A stretch of 64,000 nt of DNA, taken from assembly GCA_965222375.1 (NCBI GenBank), contig CBDCTZ010000005.1, positions 128,001-192,000 on the forward strand, written 5' to 3'. The translations under genes and the position numbers were made by a program. Positions 48,899 through 59,417 of this stretch are shown piece after piece. Position 1 is the first letter of the stretch. Each line of letters opens with the position of its first letter. Below the pieces are notes generated by a model that did no database searches, had not been told where the DNA came from, and worked only from the letters and a program-made list of their open reading frames with translations. Source of the stretch: Polyangiaceae bacterium. GTDB taxonomy: Bacteria; Myxococcota_A; Polyangia; Polyangiales; Polyangiaceae.

Positions 48899-50149
48899 CT
48901 AGTCGTGCAGCACTTCGAATTGGTCGACGGTGCCGGGAATGACAGCGGTCTTGAACTCGCCGCGAACCTTCTTCGGATTGCCGTCCACCCCGAAGGTGAG
49001 GAAGGTGATGCCGGAGGGATTCAGGGAGTTGTAGGCGCTCTGCCCGACGCCGTTCTTCATCACCCAGTCGTTGGTGAACATCGTCGCCCACCACGTTTCG
49101 CCATTGTGGAGGTTGTCGGCGTAAGCACGCAGGCTCTTGCCCCCCATTCCCGAGACCACCACGAAGGTCTTGCCGGGACCGACGGCAAGCTTGGAAAACG
49201 AGCCCGTCGCTCCGTGTTGCGCCGCTGCGTTGCCAATGTTGGTCATGGTGCGGGTCCGGGCGTAGGAGTGCTCGTGACCGGTGGTGATGATCGCCCCGCC
49301 CGTTTGGCATGCCTGGTAAGCGGCCCAGCCAACTTCGTCTTTCTTCGTGCCAATCTGCATCTGGCGCTGGTTCTTGTGCCAGCCGCACACCTTCCAAAGA
49401 TGCTTGCTGGCGGCGAGTTCGTTGGCGGTGAAGGACTCGTGCCCACTGCCCATGGTGCCCACGCCCGTCAGCACGAAGTGAAGTCCGCGATAAACGCAGC
49501 TCATCTGTAGCCCTGGCTTGCCGCTACAGCTCGCGCCGGAGATCGAGGCATGCTTGGCTTTGATGATCGGCTCGTACCCGGACCACTTTTTAACGTCGTG
49601 GTTACCGAGCACCGCGAACCACGGATAGCTGCTACCGAGTCCAGCATCGAGAGTCGCCTTCCACGCTGCCGGGTTATCGTCGTAGTCGAAGTCGCCCAGG
49701 ATGACGAGGAAGTCGGCGCCCTCGCTCTTGACCAACGACAGCGCAGCATGGGTGGCGAGGCCGATTCCTTGATCGCCAACAAACGCCACCTTGAGTCCCG
49801 GGTCGGTGGGGATCGCGCTGTTGCCGCCGGACCCCCCGGTGCCCGCGCCGGAACTGCCACCACTGGCAGCGCCCGCGCCGCCCCCGGTGCCACTGCCCGC
49901 GCTGCCCCCAGTGCCACTGCCCGCGCTCCCTCCCGTGCCACTGCCCGCTGAACCGCTGCTGCCGCCCGTCGCCGAGCCGCCCGTCGCCCCGGAGCCGCCC
50001 GTCGCCCCCGAGCCGCCGCTGGCCCCGGAGCCGCTGCTGCCGCCAGTGGCACTGCTACCTCCCGAGCCCGAATCGTCGTCGCTACCACACGCAAGACACG
50101 AGCTGCCGATCAGCAGCACCGCGAACGCTCCTACCCTGTTCAGACTCAT
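48899..50149 (-). CDS. Metallophosphoesterase lipoprotein
   Basis: GD, GDFDY, GNHD, WH, GHEHSY motifs. Confidence 0.9.
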   Translation of the reverse strand: MSLNRVGAFAVLLIGSSCLACGSDDDSGSGGSSATGGSSGSGASGGSGATGGSGATGGSATGGSSGSAGSGTGGSAGSGTGGSAGSGTGGGAGAASGGSSGAGTGGSGGNSAIPTDPGLKVAFVGDQGIGLATHAALSLVKSEGADFLVILGDFDYDDNPAAWKATLDAGLGSSYPWFAVLGNHDVKKWSGYEPIIKAKHASISGASCSGKPGLQMSCVYRGLHFVLTGVGTMGSGHESFTANELAASKHLWKVCGWHKNQRQMQIGTKKDEVGWAAYQACQTGGAIITTGHEHSYARTRTMTNIGNAAAQHGATGSFSKLAVGPGKTFVVVSGMGGKSLRAYADNLHNGETWWATMFTNDWVMKNGVGQSAYNSLNPSGITFLTFGVDGNPKKVRGEFKTAVIPGTVDQFEVLHD

Positions 50150-50276
50150 TCGGACCTCCAGCGGCCGGAAGCATGTCTTCAGAATCGAAGTTTTTCAAGA
50201 CGGGCGCCGATGACCGAGCGACCAAGCTGCATTCCGACTCAACCCCCAGCCGTGCTGCTCGATGGGCTCGTCGAAG

Positions 50277-50902
50277 TCAGTCGGTCGAGGCGTCCGAAGC
50301 TCCGCCGTCCGGATCGGGCGGGAACGGCGAGCTGCAGGCGCCATCGCCGTCGCATACGCCGGTGCCACATCCTGAACCGTCGCTGCAATCGGGGTAGCAG
50401 TAGGCGACGCCCTGAAAGTCGTAGCACCGCGAACCCGTGGGGCAGCCGCCGGTCGAAACGTAGGTGGAACCGGGCGTGCATTCGATGACGCAGATCCCGC
50501 CGAGGGCGACTTCGAACGCGTCACAAATGTTGCTCGAATCCGTGCACGTGCCTTGACCATCTTGACCGTCGGGGGTGCACTTGCCGCCGTAGGCGTTGTC
50601 GGGCTGAGCGCCAATCGCGGCGCCGTTGCATCCCAGCGTGGTCCCGGCGTTGTTCTCATCAGCGGCACAGGGATCGCTCGATCCGCCGTACCACCCGTCG
50701 CGCTCGCCCCCGTACCACCCGAACTGGTGGCCCCAGTGCCCCCGGAGCCGACTGCTCCCGTTGCACCAAAGCCGCCGGTACCCGCCGCGCCAGAACCACC
50801 CGTTCCGCCACCGCCGCTACTGTCATCGGAGCTGCACGCTCCGCTGACGAGCAGAGCGCTCAGCCCCACAATCCCCACCAACCCAGCGAAACCAGTTTTC
50901 AT
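50277..50902 (-). pseudogene. Cys-rich lipoprotein gene with a 1-bp deletion near 50687 (or a sequencing error)
   Basis: Signal/Gly linker frame shifts into GSSDPCAADENNAGTTLGCNG...CYPDCSDGSGCGTGVCDGDGAC...DASTD*; span 626 nt = 3n-1. Confidence 0.8.
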
Positions 50903-51051
50903 GGCCAAACCGTTAGGAGGCCTAGGCCGCGAGGACAAGACAAGCGCCCGGAGGGCGAATCCAAGGCTCCAACCCACCTACAGGATTTCCTGGATTTTCC
51001 AGAACTTCGGAAGATGACCGGCGTCAAAAGCGTACACCGCACGAGGTACCC

Positions 51052-53004
51052 ATGCGCTACGCGAGCCTATTTACTCTCACTGGAATCGGAATTCTGACGG
51101 CTTGCGCGAGCAGCCAACCAACCGGCGCCAAGGCTCCCGCTGCACAGGCATGCATCAGAACCAGCGCAAAGCCTCAGGTCAAACCCCTGAGTGACGCGCC
51201 CCGCAGTTCAGCGCTGGCGCTGGCCCGTCACGGCAAGCGCACCTTGGCCTACGCAGTGGGCGCGGACGACAAGACCCTGCGCACCATCGACGTGGACGCC
51301 CAGAAGGAACTGGCCACCACCAAGCTCAGCGGCACGCCAGCTGAAGTGATGGTCACGACGGATGGCCGGGTCTTGGTCACGCTGCGCGACAAGAACAAGT
51401 TGGTTGCCATGGAGCCACAAAAGGCCCCCGACCAACCCCTCAAGGCGCTGTGCAGCGTGGACGCGCCCGCCGAGCCCATCGCCATGGCGAGCACCCAGGG
51501 CGGCAAGAGCGTCGTGGTCACCAGCGGTTGGGGACGCGCGCTATCGCGCTACGACGGGCGGACCCTGGCGGCTATCAAGCGCACCAACTTGCCACGCGAG
51601 CCCCGCGCGGTCGTCATCAGCGATGACGGCAAGCGCGCCTTCGTCTCTCACGCCGTAGGAGGTCGAGTCAGCGTGGTCGACTTGAAGAGCGGCTCCGCGC
51701 CGCGAGAGATCCAGGTCGGCGATGCGCAATCCAAGCGGCGCTCGAAGCTATTTGGGTTCCTGGGGCAGAGTCATTCATCGGGTGAGAGCAAGCGCATGGG
51801 CTGTCAGGGCTACGCCCTCGCGAAGAGCGTCGACCCGCCCGGCCGCATTCTGGCGCCCCAGGTGCTCGTCGATCCGGGCAACCCCTTCGAGCAGTCCAGC
51901 GGTTACGGCAACGGCTTCGAGGCCGCGGAAGTTGCCAGCGTGGCCGTGATCGACTCCGCACAAGAAAACGCCCTCGAGGCTTCGTTGGACACCACCACCT
52001 CACCGCGGCGTGTGCTGCCCTCGTCGAAGCCGCGACCGGAATGCCTGCTGCCTCGCGCAGCAGCCGTCGACGCCAAGACTGGCTCGTTGCTCGTGGCGTG
52101 CCTGGGCCTCGACAGCATCGTCGAGTATGACGCGGCCAGCGCCGATCCTCGCCGAGCCGAGCGCCGACGCTTCGCAGTGCCCGCCGGACCCATGGGAATC
52201 GCCGTCGACACCGAGAAGCGTCGCGCCGTCGTGCTTTCCCAGTTCGATCACAGCGTCAGCATCATCGACTTGAATCTGGCACCCCCGCCGAAAGCGGGCC
52301 AGTTGGTCCAGAGCGGTGTGAAGCAGCTCGCGCTCTCGCGGGGACCCGGGCGCGCAACGTCGGGAGACATCGCCTTGGGACGACGGCTGTTTCACTCCAC
52401 CGGAGACTCGAGGATTTCGAGCGACGGGCGCGCCTGCGCCAGCTGCCACCCGGACGGCCGCGAGGATTCGCTCACCTGGGCAACTCCAGGTGGGCCGCGC
52501 CAAACGCCCATGCTCGCCGGTCGCCTCGCCAAGACGGCGCCCTACGGTTGGGACGGTGCCGGCTCGGATGTCGAAGCGCATCTCTCCCACACCTTCCAGC
52601 GCTTGGGTGGCTCGGGCCTGAGCGAGAAAGAGATGCAAGCACTACTCGCCTACGTGGCTAGCCTGCCGACACCGCCCGCCCTGCGCACTCCCGACAAGAC
52701 CCGATACCAACGCGGCAAGGCGCTCTTTTTCGCCAAGAACACGGGCTGCTCGAGTTGCCACGGGGGCAGCGTCTCGAGCGACGGCCAGAGCCACGACGTC
52801 AAGAGCCGCGTCAAGAGCGACTCCAAGCCGAAGTTCGATACGCCATCCCTACGCTTCATCGCCGGCACGGCGCCCTACTTCCACGACGGACGCTACTCCA
52901 CCTTGGAAGAGCTGCTGCGCGCCTCCGACGGCAAGATGGGCCATACGGCGCACCTGAGCAAACAGGACGTGGCGGATCTGGCGCTCTACCTGAGGACGCT
53001 GTGA
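51052..53004 (+). CDS. YncE-like beta-propeller fused to di-heme cytochrome c (peroxidase-like) lipoprotein
   Basis: CASCH, CSSCH, APYGWDG, TPSL...TAPYFHDG. Confidence 0.88.
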   Translation: MRYASLFTLTGIGILTACASSQPTGAKAPAAQACIRTSAKPQVKPLSDAPRSSALALARHGKRTLAYAVGADDKTLRTIDVDAQKELATTKLSGTPAEVMVTTDGRVLVTLRDKNKLVAMEPQKAPDQPLKALCSVDAPAEPIAMASTQGGKSVVVTSGWGRALSRYDGRTLAAIKRTNLPREPRAVVISDDGKRAFVSHAVGGRVSVVDLKSGSAPREIQVGDAQSKRRSKLFGFLGQSHSSGESKRMGCQGYALAKSVDPPGRILAPQVLVDPGNPFEQSSGYGNGFEAAEVASVAVIDSAQENALEASLDTTTSPRRVLPSSKPRPECLLPRAAAVDAKTGSLLVACLGLDSIVEYDAASADPRRAERRRFAVPAGPMGIAVDTEKRRAVVLSQFDHSVSIIDLNLAPPPKAGQLVQSGVKQLALSRGPGRATSGDIALGRRLFHSTGDSRISSDGRACASCHPDGREDSLTWATPGGPRQTPMLAGRLAKTAPYGWDGAGSDVEAHLSHTFQRLGGSGLSEKEMQALLAYVASLPTPPALRTPDKTRYQRGKALFFAKNTGCSSCHGGSVSSDGQSHDVKSRVKSDSKPKFDTPSLRFIAGTAPYFHDGRYSTLEELLRASDGKMGHTAHLSKQDVADLALYLRTL

Positions 53005-53966
53005 TGCGCTACGCGCTGTTGACGAGCCTGGCGGCGGCCGCGCTGTTGGCCGGCTCGGCTCAGGCTGCGCGCCCGAAGCTCAGCGATCTGCCGTTGGTCA
53101 AGAGCAGCGACCTGAACTTCAACCTGGCTGCACCCGCTCAGATCGCAACCGGCCACAAGATCCCGGGGCTCTTGGTCCGGCTGGGCAACGGTCGCGATGA
53201 ACACTTCGAGCAGAGCGCCGTCGAGGTAGCGGATCTGCTCGATTCCACGACAGCGCGAGAAGCTCCGATCCGCCCCGACGAGGTGCGGGCCGCAGTCGCC
53301 GCGCGCAAGAGGCCAGCCGTCGACGATCGCTGGATCACCGTGAAGCCCAAAACCGGATGTGTGGCCCAGGACCGGAATCGCCACGCGGCGAAGCTGCTCA
53401 CGCTGCCGTCAAAGAGCGGCGTGGTGAAACTGCAGCGCAGACGAATCGAGTGGCGCAAGGGCAAGCCGGAGTTGGTGACGACCTTCATGGCCGTCGACAC
53501 CACGACCCTTGGGGCCGCGGTGCTGAAAGAACGCCGCATCCGCCTGCGGCGCTTGGGCACCGGCGACGGCAAGTTCGCGCTCTACGGCTATCGCACGGCA
53601 AAAAGTGTCGAACTCGTGACCTGGGCTCCCGGGGCCCAGGTCAACGCCGTGGGCAGATCCATCGGTTCGACCTTCAGCTCCTGCGGACTGCTACGCACCA
53701 CCCTGTCCACGAAACGCAGCGCCGCTTCCGTGGACATTGGGGCGGAGCGACAGCTGCCCCTGACCAAGGATGAAAAACGAGACGCCGATCGCGGGGTGGC
53801 AACCACGCGACGGGTCGAGGCCAGCTTCGCCCACGTCAGCGTGAGCAAACTTCATCCGGACCGGACCCCGGTGCTGTCGGTGGTGGTGCGCAAGGAATCG
53901 GCGCTGCGGCTGCCCCCGGGTCCGCGTCGCCCCATGGCACAACCTGCGAGGCGAGCCTTCGACTAG
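53004..53966 (+). CDS. Hypothetical secreted protein
   Basis: TGATG overlap; signal peptide ending AQA. Confidence 0.7.
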   Translation: MRYALLTSLAAAALLAGSAQAARPKLSDLPLVKSSDLNFNLAAPAQIATGHKIPGLLVRLGNGRDEHFEQSAVEVADLLDSTTAREAPIRPDEVRAAVAARKRPAVDDRWITVKPKTGCVAQDRNRHAAKLLTLPSKSGVVKLQRRRIEWRKGKPELVTTFMAVDTTTLGAAVLKERRIRLRRLGTGDGKFALYGYRTAKSVELVTWAPGAQVNAVGRSIGSTFSSCGLLRTTLSTKRSAASVDIGAERQLPLTKDEKRDADRGVATTRRVEASFAHVSVSKLHPDRTPVLSVVVRKESALRLPPGPRRPMAQPARRAFD

Positions 53967-55462
53967 CCTCGAACCACCACTCGGCGCTTCAACTCGATGT
54001 TCCGCTTCTTCAACAAGCGGTAGAGGGTCACGATGTTGATCTTGGCGAGCTTGGCCGCGCGCTCGACGCTGCCGTCGGTCTCGGCGAGCAGCTCACTCAA
54101 GTAGAGCGTCTCGGGGCCCGAGAGCCACTCCTCGCGAAGCTCTTTCAGGCCCTTGCGAGGGGCGCGGCGGCGTTTCGGCGCCGGTTTGACGCTCGTCTGC
54201 ATGCTGCGGGGCAGGTCTTCGGGTGTGAGCTCTGCGCCGGTCGACATGATCACCGCGTGCTCGACGCAGTTCTTGAGCTCGCGCACGTTGCCAGGAAAAT
54301 CATAGGCGTAGAGCGCGGCCGTGAACTCTCGCGAAACCTTAGGCGTCTTCTTGCCGTGACGGGCTGCGGATTGTTGCACGAAGACCTGAGACAAGATCTC
54401 CAGGTTGTCTTTGTACGCGCGCAGGGGTGGCAGCTCCAAAGTGACCACGCTGATGCGGTAATACAGATCGTCGCGAAAGCCGCCGGCGCGTACCATGGCC
54501 GGCAAGTCTCGGTTGGTCGCACATACCAGCCGCACGTCGACCCGTTTCGGCGCCCGGTTGCTCCCGAGCGGCTGCACCTCGCCAGTCTCGATCGCACGCA
54601 GAACCTTGGCCTGGAGCGAAAGCGGCAGCTCACCCATCTCGTCCAAGAACAGCGTGCCCCCGTCGGCCTTTTCCAATTCGCCGACGTGATTGGCGCTGGC
54701 CCCGGTGAAGGCGCCTTTGACGTGACCGAAGAGCACACTTTCCAGAAGGGTTTCCGGGATGGCCGCAGAGTTGACGGCAACCAGGGGCCCGCTGGCACGC
54801 TTGCTGTTGAAGTGTATGGCGTGAGCCGTCAGCTCCTTGCCAGTACCGCTCTCGCCGTGAATCAGAACCGGGGCATCCGTGGGAGAGACCTGCTCGATCT
54901 GCCGTTCCACCAGCAGCCACTCGGGGCTCAGCCCCTTGATCAAAAACGGGCGACCGTCGTTTTCGCTGCTGGCACGATAGAGCTGCGCGCGGCGCAGGAA
55001 CTTGGCGCTGGCACTCGCAATGGCTCCGAGCTGTTCGAGGTGCCCGTCCTCGAAAGCCCTGGGGTCTCGTGACGACGCGGCGATGACCCCAATCGCCTTA
55101 CCTTGGTACGGAATGGGCACCGCAGCGATGCTTCGCACTTCCTGGAAGTAGGGCGCGTAGTTCGGGTCTTTGCGGGTGTCATTGGTGAGATAGGGCTGAT
55201 TCGTGTTGAACGTATGCAGCGCAATCCCGTTGGGGCGCCCATCCTTTCGCAGCTTGAGCACGACCCCTGGGATGTTCACCGCCACGCCGCCCACGATGTG
55301 AAAATCGACGGCCAGCCCTTTCTGCTTGCGGTCCCACAAGAAGATTGCGCCGTCGTGGGCGCCGGTTTGCTCGAGAGCTAGCTCGAGGATCTTGCGTTGG
55401 AGCGACTCGATGCCAGCGGCATGGAGCTTCTCGTCGAGGCCGGTCTCCAGGGCTTTGAGCAT
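53963..55462 (-). CDS. Sigma-54 enhancer-binding protein (GAF-AAA+-HTH)
   Basis: GESGTGKE, FGHVKGAFTGA, LFLDE, FRDDLYYR, PGNVREL; N-terminal GAF. Confidence 0.95.
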   Translation of the reverse strand: MLKALETGLDEKLHAAGIESLQRKILELALEQTGAHDGAIFLWDRKQKGLAVDFHIVGGVAVNIPGVVLKLRKDGRPNGIALHTFNTNQPYLTNDTRKDPNYAPYFQEVRSIAAVPIPYQGKAIGVIAASSRDPRAFEDGHLEQLGAIASASAKFLRRAQLYRASSENDGRPFLIKGLSPEWLLVERQIEQVSPTDAPVLIHGESGTGKELTAHAIHFNSKRASGPLVAVNSAAIPETLLESVLFGHVKGAFTGASANHVGELEKADGGTLFLDEMGELPLSLQAKVLRAIETGEVQPLGSNRAPKRVDVRLVCATNRDLPAMVRAGGFRDDLYYRISVVTLELPPLRAYKDNLEILSQVFVQQSAARHGKKTPKVSREFTAALYAYDFPGNVRELKNCVEHAVIMSTGAELTPEDLPRSMQTSVKPAPKRRRAPRKGLKELREEWLSGPETLYLSELLAETDGSVERAAKLAKINIVTLYRLLKKRNIELKRRVVVRG

Positions 55463-55583
55463 TTGTCACAATCCTAGGTCAGATTCACATCAATTGATTT
55501 GGTTTTTGCGAATTTGCAACTCCATGAACCGAAAACTCGCCAAAAACCGCGCTAAACACGGCGTTGGTCTGATGAGTCCGCGT

Positions 55584-55600
55584 TGGCACGCCCCTCGCAT
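55584..55600 (+). promoter_or_regulatory. Sigma-54 -24/-12 promoter
   Basis: TGGCACG-CCCC-TCGCAT with GG/GC 12 bp apart; upstream dyads ATCAATTGAT (55489) and TTGC-N6-GCAA (55506). Confidence 0.8.
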
Positions 55601-55634
55601 TAAGGGCCTCCGACTTCCACGGAGGAAACCGAAT

Positions 55635-56543
55635 ATGTTCAGCCGAATCGCCAAGACCGTCTCTCTCGTCAGCCTCGTTGCCCTGTCTGCCTGTGCCACC
55701 GAAGTGGGCCAGGAAGAAGAGACCGGCCTGGAGGGCGCCTCGCAGCCCATCACGATGCCGCAGCACGAGATCGACCAGGTCGTGCAATTCCTCAACGCGA
55801 CCACGACGACCCAAGACGTGCTCGACTTCGAGGTCGGGCTCGACCGTCGCGCAGCCGAGAACCTCATCTTCCACCGCAACGGCTTGGACGGCGCCTACCC
55901 CTCCACCGACGACAACCCCTACGACAACCTCGAAGAGGTGGATCGGGTGGCCTTCGTCGGCAATTCCGCTCTGCTCAAGCTGCGTAACTTCGCCGTCGCG
56001 AACCCGCCTGCTCAAGCCGAAATCGTCGAGGGCGTGCAGTTCTCGTCGGAACAGTCGGCCGCAGTGGTGTGGGGCGTGAACAACGCTTCGCTGTTTGAGC
56101 TCGACATCACGCTCGGCCTGACCAGCTCGGCTGCGTACTCCCTCGTCGAGAACGCTCCCTACAACTCGGTGACCGAGATGGGTGCTGTGCTTCATGTGGG
56201 CCCCTCCGCCCTGGCAACCTTGCGCAACGAGGCGGCGCGCTGGGGTGCCGAGATGGCGCAGCCCGTCGCGAGCCAGGCGGGTCGCTACGACGGCGTCGAC
56301 TTCGACGAGCAGACCGCGGAAATCGCCCTATCAATCGCGAACAACGCTCCGGAGCTGCAGCTGACCCAGCAGGGCAACCTCTGGAGCGGCGGCGCCCAGA
56401 CCATCGTCGAAAACCGCCCCTACGCGACGCTCCGCGCCGTGAGCGACACCTACGGCGTGGGCCGGACCACCATGCGGCAGCTGCGGGACTACGCCAAGAG
56501 CGGTCAGTTCGGCAGCACCTGGGACAGCCCAGAGCAGCAATGA
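55635..56543 (+). CDS. Lipoprotein with three helix-hairpin-helix-like repeats
   Basis: GGAGG RBS, LSAC lipobox; three N.A...L...A..I/L...PY....E/A...VG..A/T...LR units. Confidence 0.75.
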   Translation: MFSRIAKTVSLVSLVALSACATEVGQEEETGLEGASQPITMPQHEIDQVVQFLNATTTTQDVLDFEVGLDRRAAENLIFHRNGLDGAYPSTDDNPYDNLEEVDRVAFVGNSALLKLRNFAVANPPAQAEIVEGVQFSSEQSAAVVWGVNNASLFELDITLGLTSSAAYSLVENAPYNSVTEMGAVLHVGPSALATLRNEAARWGAEMAQPVASQAGRYDGVDFDEQTAEIALSIANNAPELQLTQQGNLWSGGAQTIVENRPYATLRAVSDTYGVGRTTMRQLRDYAKSGQFGSTWDSPEQQ

Positions 56544-56587
56544 TCGCGCGGCTCGCGCCCGCGAGCAGCGCAAACTTGAGGGGGGCT

Positions 56588-56627
56588 CGAGGCGCGTCAA
56601 TTCGTTGACGCGCCTCGGGTCTTTGTT
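56588..56627 (+). terminator. Intrinsic terminator
   Basis: 13-bp perfect stem CGAGGCGCGTCAA-TTCG-TTGACGCGCCTCG followed by TCTTTGTT. Confidence 0.8.
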
Positions 56628-56711
56628 GTGCAGACATGTGCGCACCGCCAACCACACCTGACAGGGCTCCGGCAACGTGACACTCGGCCTCCTCTCCTTT
56701 AGCCTGTCGTT

Positions 56712-58673
56712 GTGGCAATCGCGCCGCTCAAGAAGACCACCCCGGCCGCCGATGGGTCAGCGGCTTTGTGCGAAGCCCAATTGCGCCTGTTGCTGGACGG
56801 AGTCAACGACGTCATTACGATCTTGGACGCGGACGGGAGAATCATCTTCGTCAACGCAGCCGTCGAACGCGTTTTCGGTAGCCCCCGCGAGAAGGTACTC
56901 GGCGGTGGCTTCCATGAATGGGTCCACCCAGACGACCTACACATGGCCGTCTCGGCCATGCAAACCTTGTTGAGCGAGCCGGGCTCCAGCCAGACGTCGG
57001 AACTTCGCGCCATCGATGTCAACGGAAACGTCCGGGAGGTTCGCTCGGTCGCTCGCAACCTGCTCCACGACCCCGTTCTGCGAGGCATCGTGATCACCAC
57101 CCACGATGTGACGGAACGAAACGCAGCGGCGCGACGCTTGCGGGAGCGGGAACAAGCCTACGCATCCCTGCTGTCCAACTTGCCCGGTATGGGCTACCGC
57201 CGCCAAAACGACGAGTCCTGGAGCATGGATGTCGTCACCGACGGCTGTCGCGCGCTCACGGGTCATGAACCAGAGCAGCTTCGGACCGGCGGCAGCGTAG
57301 CCTACGCCGACCTGATCCATCCGGACGAAGCCGAACCTCTATGGGAGAAGTGCCGAGCAAGCCTCGCGGCGCGGCGTACTTGCAGCAACGAGTACCGGAT
57401 CAAGACTCAGAGCGGCGAGTGGCGCTGGGTTTTGGACATCGCCCACGGCGTCTACGCTGATGACGGCGAGCTTCTTTCCATCGAAGGCTTCGTCATCGAT
57501 GTCACGGAGAAGAAGCGCCTCGAAGAGCAGCTATCCCATTCCCAGCGCTTGGAGGGGATCGGCCGCCTGGCAGGGGGGATCGCCCACGACTTCAACAACT
57601 TGCTTGCTGTCGTGATGAGCTACACCGAGCTGGCCTCAGCCCAATTGGAGTCCGGCGCTCGGGCCAAAGATGACCTGAGCCAAGTGTTGGACGCGACTCA
57701 TCGGGCAAAGGAACTCACGCACCAGTTGCTCGCCTTCGCCAGCGAGCAGATGCTCGAGCCCAAGGCGCTGGACCTCGCGAGTCTCACTCGCGATCTCGAA
57801 CGCCTGCTTCGACGCGTGCTGGGTGAGGACATCCGCCTGCAGACGCGGATCGGGGGCGACCTGTGGGCGGTGTGGGCGGACCAAGGCCAGATGGGCCAGG
57901 TACTCCTGAACTTGGCGGTCAACGCTCGAGATGCCATGCCCCAAGGTGGCGAGCTCAGCATCGAAGTCGCCAACCGGCAGGTCATCGTCCCGCCGGTCGG
58001 GGCTCCCCTAGACGCCAAGCCGGGCGACTACGTGATCCTAACTGTGCAAGACACGGGCATCGGCATGACCGAAGAAGTCATGAAGCGGATCTTCGAGCCC
58101 TTCTTCTCGACCAAGGGCGACGGGCGAGGCTCTGGGCTCGGGCTGGCCACCGTCTACGGCATCGTCAAGCAGGTGGGCGGCTTCATCATGGTGGATAGTG
58201 CGCCCGGACTCGGCAGCGAGTTTCGAGTGTTTTTTCCCCGGAGCCTGCGCGCCGTCAGCGCAGCGGAATCCGTCATCCCGGCTGCCACCATGGCGGCGGA
58301 GCAGCGTCGCATCCTGCTCGTGGAGGACGACCCGACGGTGCGCCGTGCCACTAAGCGAATGCTCAAGCTCTTGGGCTACGACGTGCTGAGCGCCGAGTCT
58401 GGAGAATCCGCGCTGCGGCTGTTGGCGGAAAGCGACTCCAACGTCGATCTGATTCTGACTGACATCGTCATGCGAGGAATGAGCGGAACCGAGCTGGTCG
58501 TGCAGCTGCGCAGCGCGAAACCGGATCTGCCCGTTTTGTTCATGTCGGGCTACCCCGGCGACTCCGCGGCGGACTTGACCTCCCAGGGTCAGCGGGCGGC
58601 CTTCTTGCCCAAGCCCTTCACCGTGGACGTCTTGGCTCAGAAGATCAGCGGCCTGTTTTCCGGACCTGACTGA
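56712..58673 (+). CDS. PAS-PAS hybrid histidine kinase / receiver
   Basis: LAGGIAHDFNNLL, NLAVNARDAM, DTGIGM, EPFFSTK, GLGL; LVEDD..TD..KPF. Confidence 0.95.
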   Translation: MAIAPLKKTTPAADGSAALCEAQLRLLLDGVNDVITILDADGRIIFVNAAVERVFGSPREKVLGGGFHEWVHPDDLHMAVSAMQTLLSEPGSSQTSELRAIDVNGNVREVRSVARNLLHDPVLRGIVITTHDVTERNAAARRLREREQAYASLLSNLPGMGYRRQNDESWSMDVVTDGCRALTGHEPEQLRTGGSVAYADLIHPDEAEPLWEKCRASLAARRTCSNEYRIKTQSGEWRWVLDIAHGVYADDGELLSIEGFVIDVTEKKRLEEQLSHSQRLEGIGRLAGGIAHDFNNLLAVVMSYTELASAQLESGARAKDDLSQVLDATHRAKELTHQLLAFASEQMLEPKALDLASLTRDLERLLRRVLGEDIRLQTRIGGDLWAVWADQGQMGQVLLNLAVNARDAMPQGGELSIEVANRQVIVPPVGAPLDAKPGDYVILTVQDTGIGMTEEVMKRIFEPFFSTKGDGRGSGLGLATVYGIVKQVGGFIMVDSAPGLGSEFRVFFPRSLRAVSAAESVIPAATMAAEQRRILLVEDDPTVRRATKRMLKLLGYDVLSAESGESALRLLAESDSNVDLILTDIVMRGMSGTELVVQLRSAKPDLPVLFMSGYPGDSAADLTSQGQRAAFLPKPFTVDVLAQKISGLFSGPD

Positions 58674-58749
58674 GGCTGCGGGAAGGCCGCAGCCGGCGGC
58701 AGCGTAGGGAGCAACCGGGAGTTCAGGCCCGACATCCCGCAAGGAAGCG

Positions 58750-59417
58750 CACCATGGGAGCGCTGATTGTCCGCGGCCTGGCTCGGCGGAATACCGAACC
58801 TGAAGCGAGGCACAGCGGCCGCGATCATCGCTGGGCTGCTGACCGCTACGGGCTATAGGGCCTGCTGGCTACCAGGCCTGTTCGTAGGCGCACTGCTGTT
58901 CGTCGCTGCACCCGTCACCGCCTTGGAGCCGGGATCCATCTCCCAAGTCATCATGCGCTGTCGGGGGTTGACCTCGGGGCATGTCCTGCAACTTGCGGGG
59001 TGCTGTTCTTGATCGGATTTGTGGAGGCGTCCCTTTTCCGTGGGCCGACTGCTCGCCGTGCATGCCGACAGCTTCTACAGGCACGGGGTTTCGAAGGCCT
59101 TCGAGCTCTTGGGGGCCGGCGCGGAGGAACACCTCATCTTGAATGCGCTGGTGATCCCTCTCGATGCTGCTGGCTGCGGCAGTGCCGTCACCGCGGCCAA
59201 GACGGCCAAGAAGAACCGCGCCCGGAGGTTCGCCAAGAATTGTCCGGCAGGCGAAGCTGCGCCCCTCGACTACCGACGTTTCCGCCGCTCCACCAAACTG
59301 TCCGATGCGGCACTCGCGGAGCTGCTCGAGCTACGTGCCCGCGAGCGGCGGATCGAGGACCAGCTGCTGCACAAGACTGTCGTGCAACTTCTGCTGCCAG
59401 AGTTGTCAGCAGCCTGA
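58750..59417 (+). pseudogene. Possible decayed membrane-protein gene
   Basis: Hydrophobic and helical protein-like segments spread over several + frames. Confidence 0.3.

Noticed and set aside
49860..50050. GGN-rich tandem repeats as non-coding arrays
   Set aside because: They encode Gly/Ser linkers within lipoprotein CDSs
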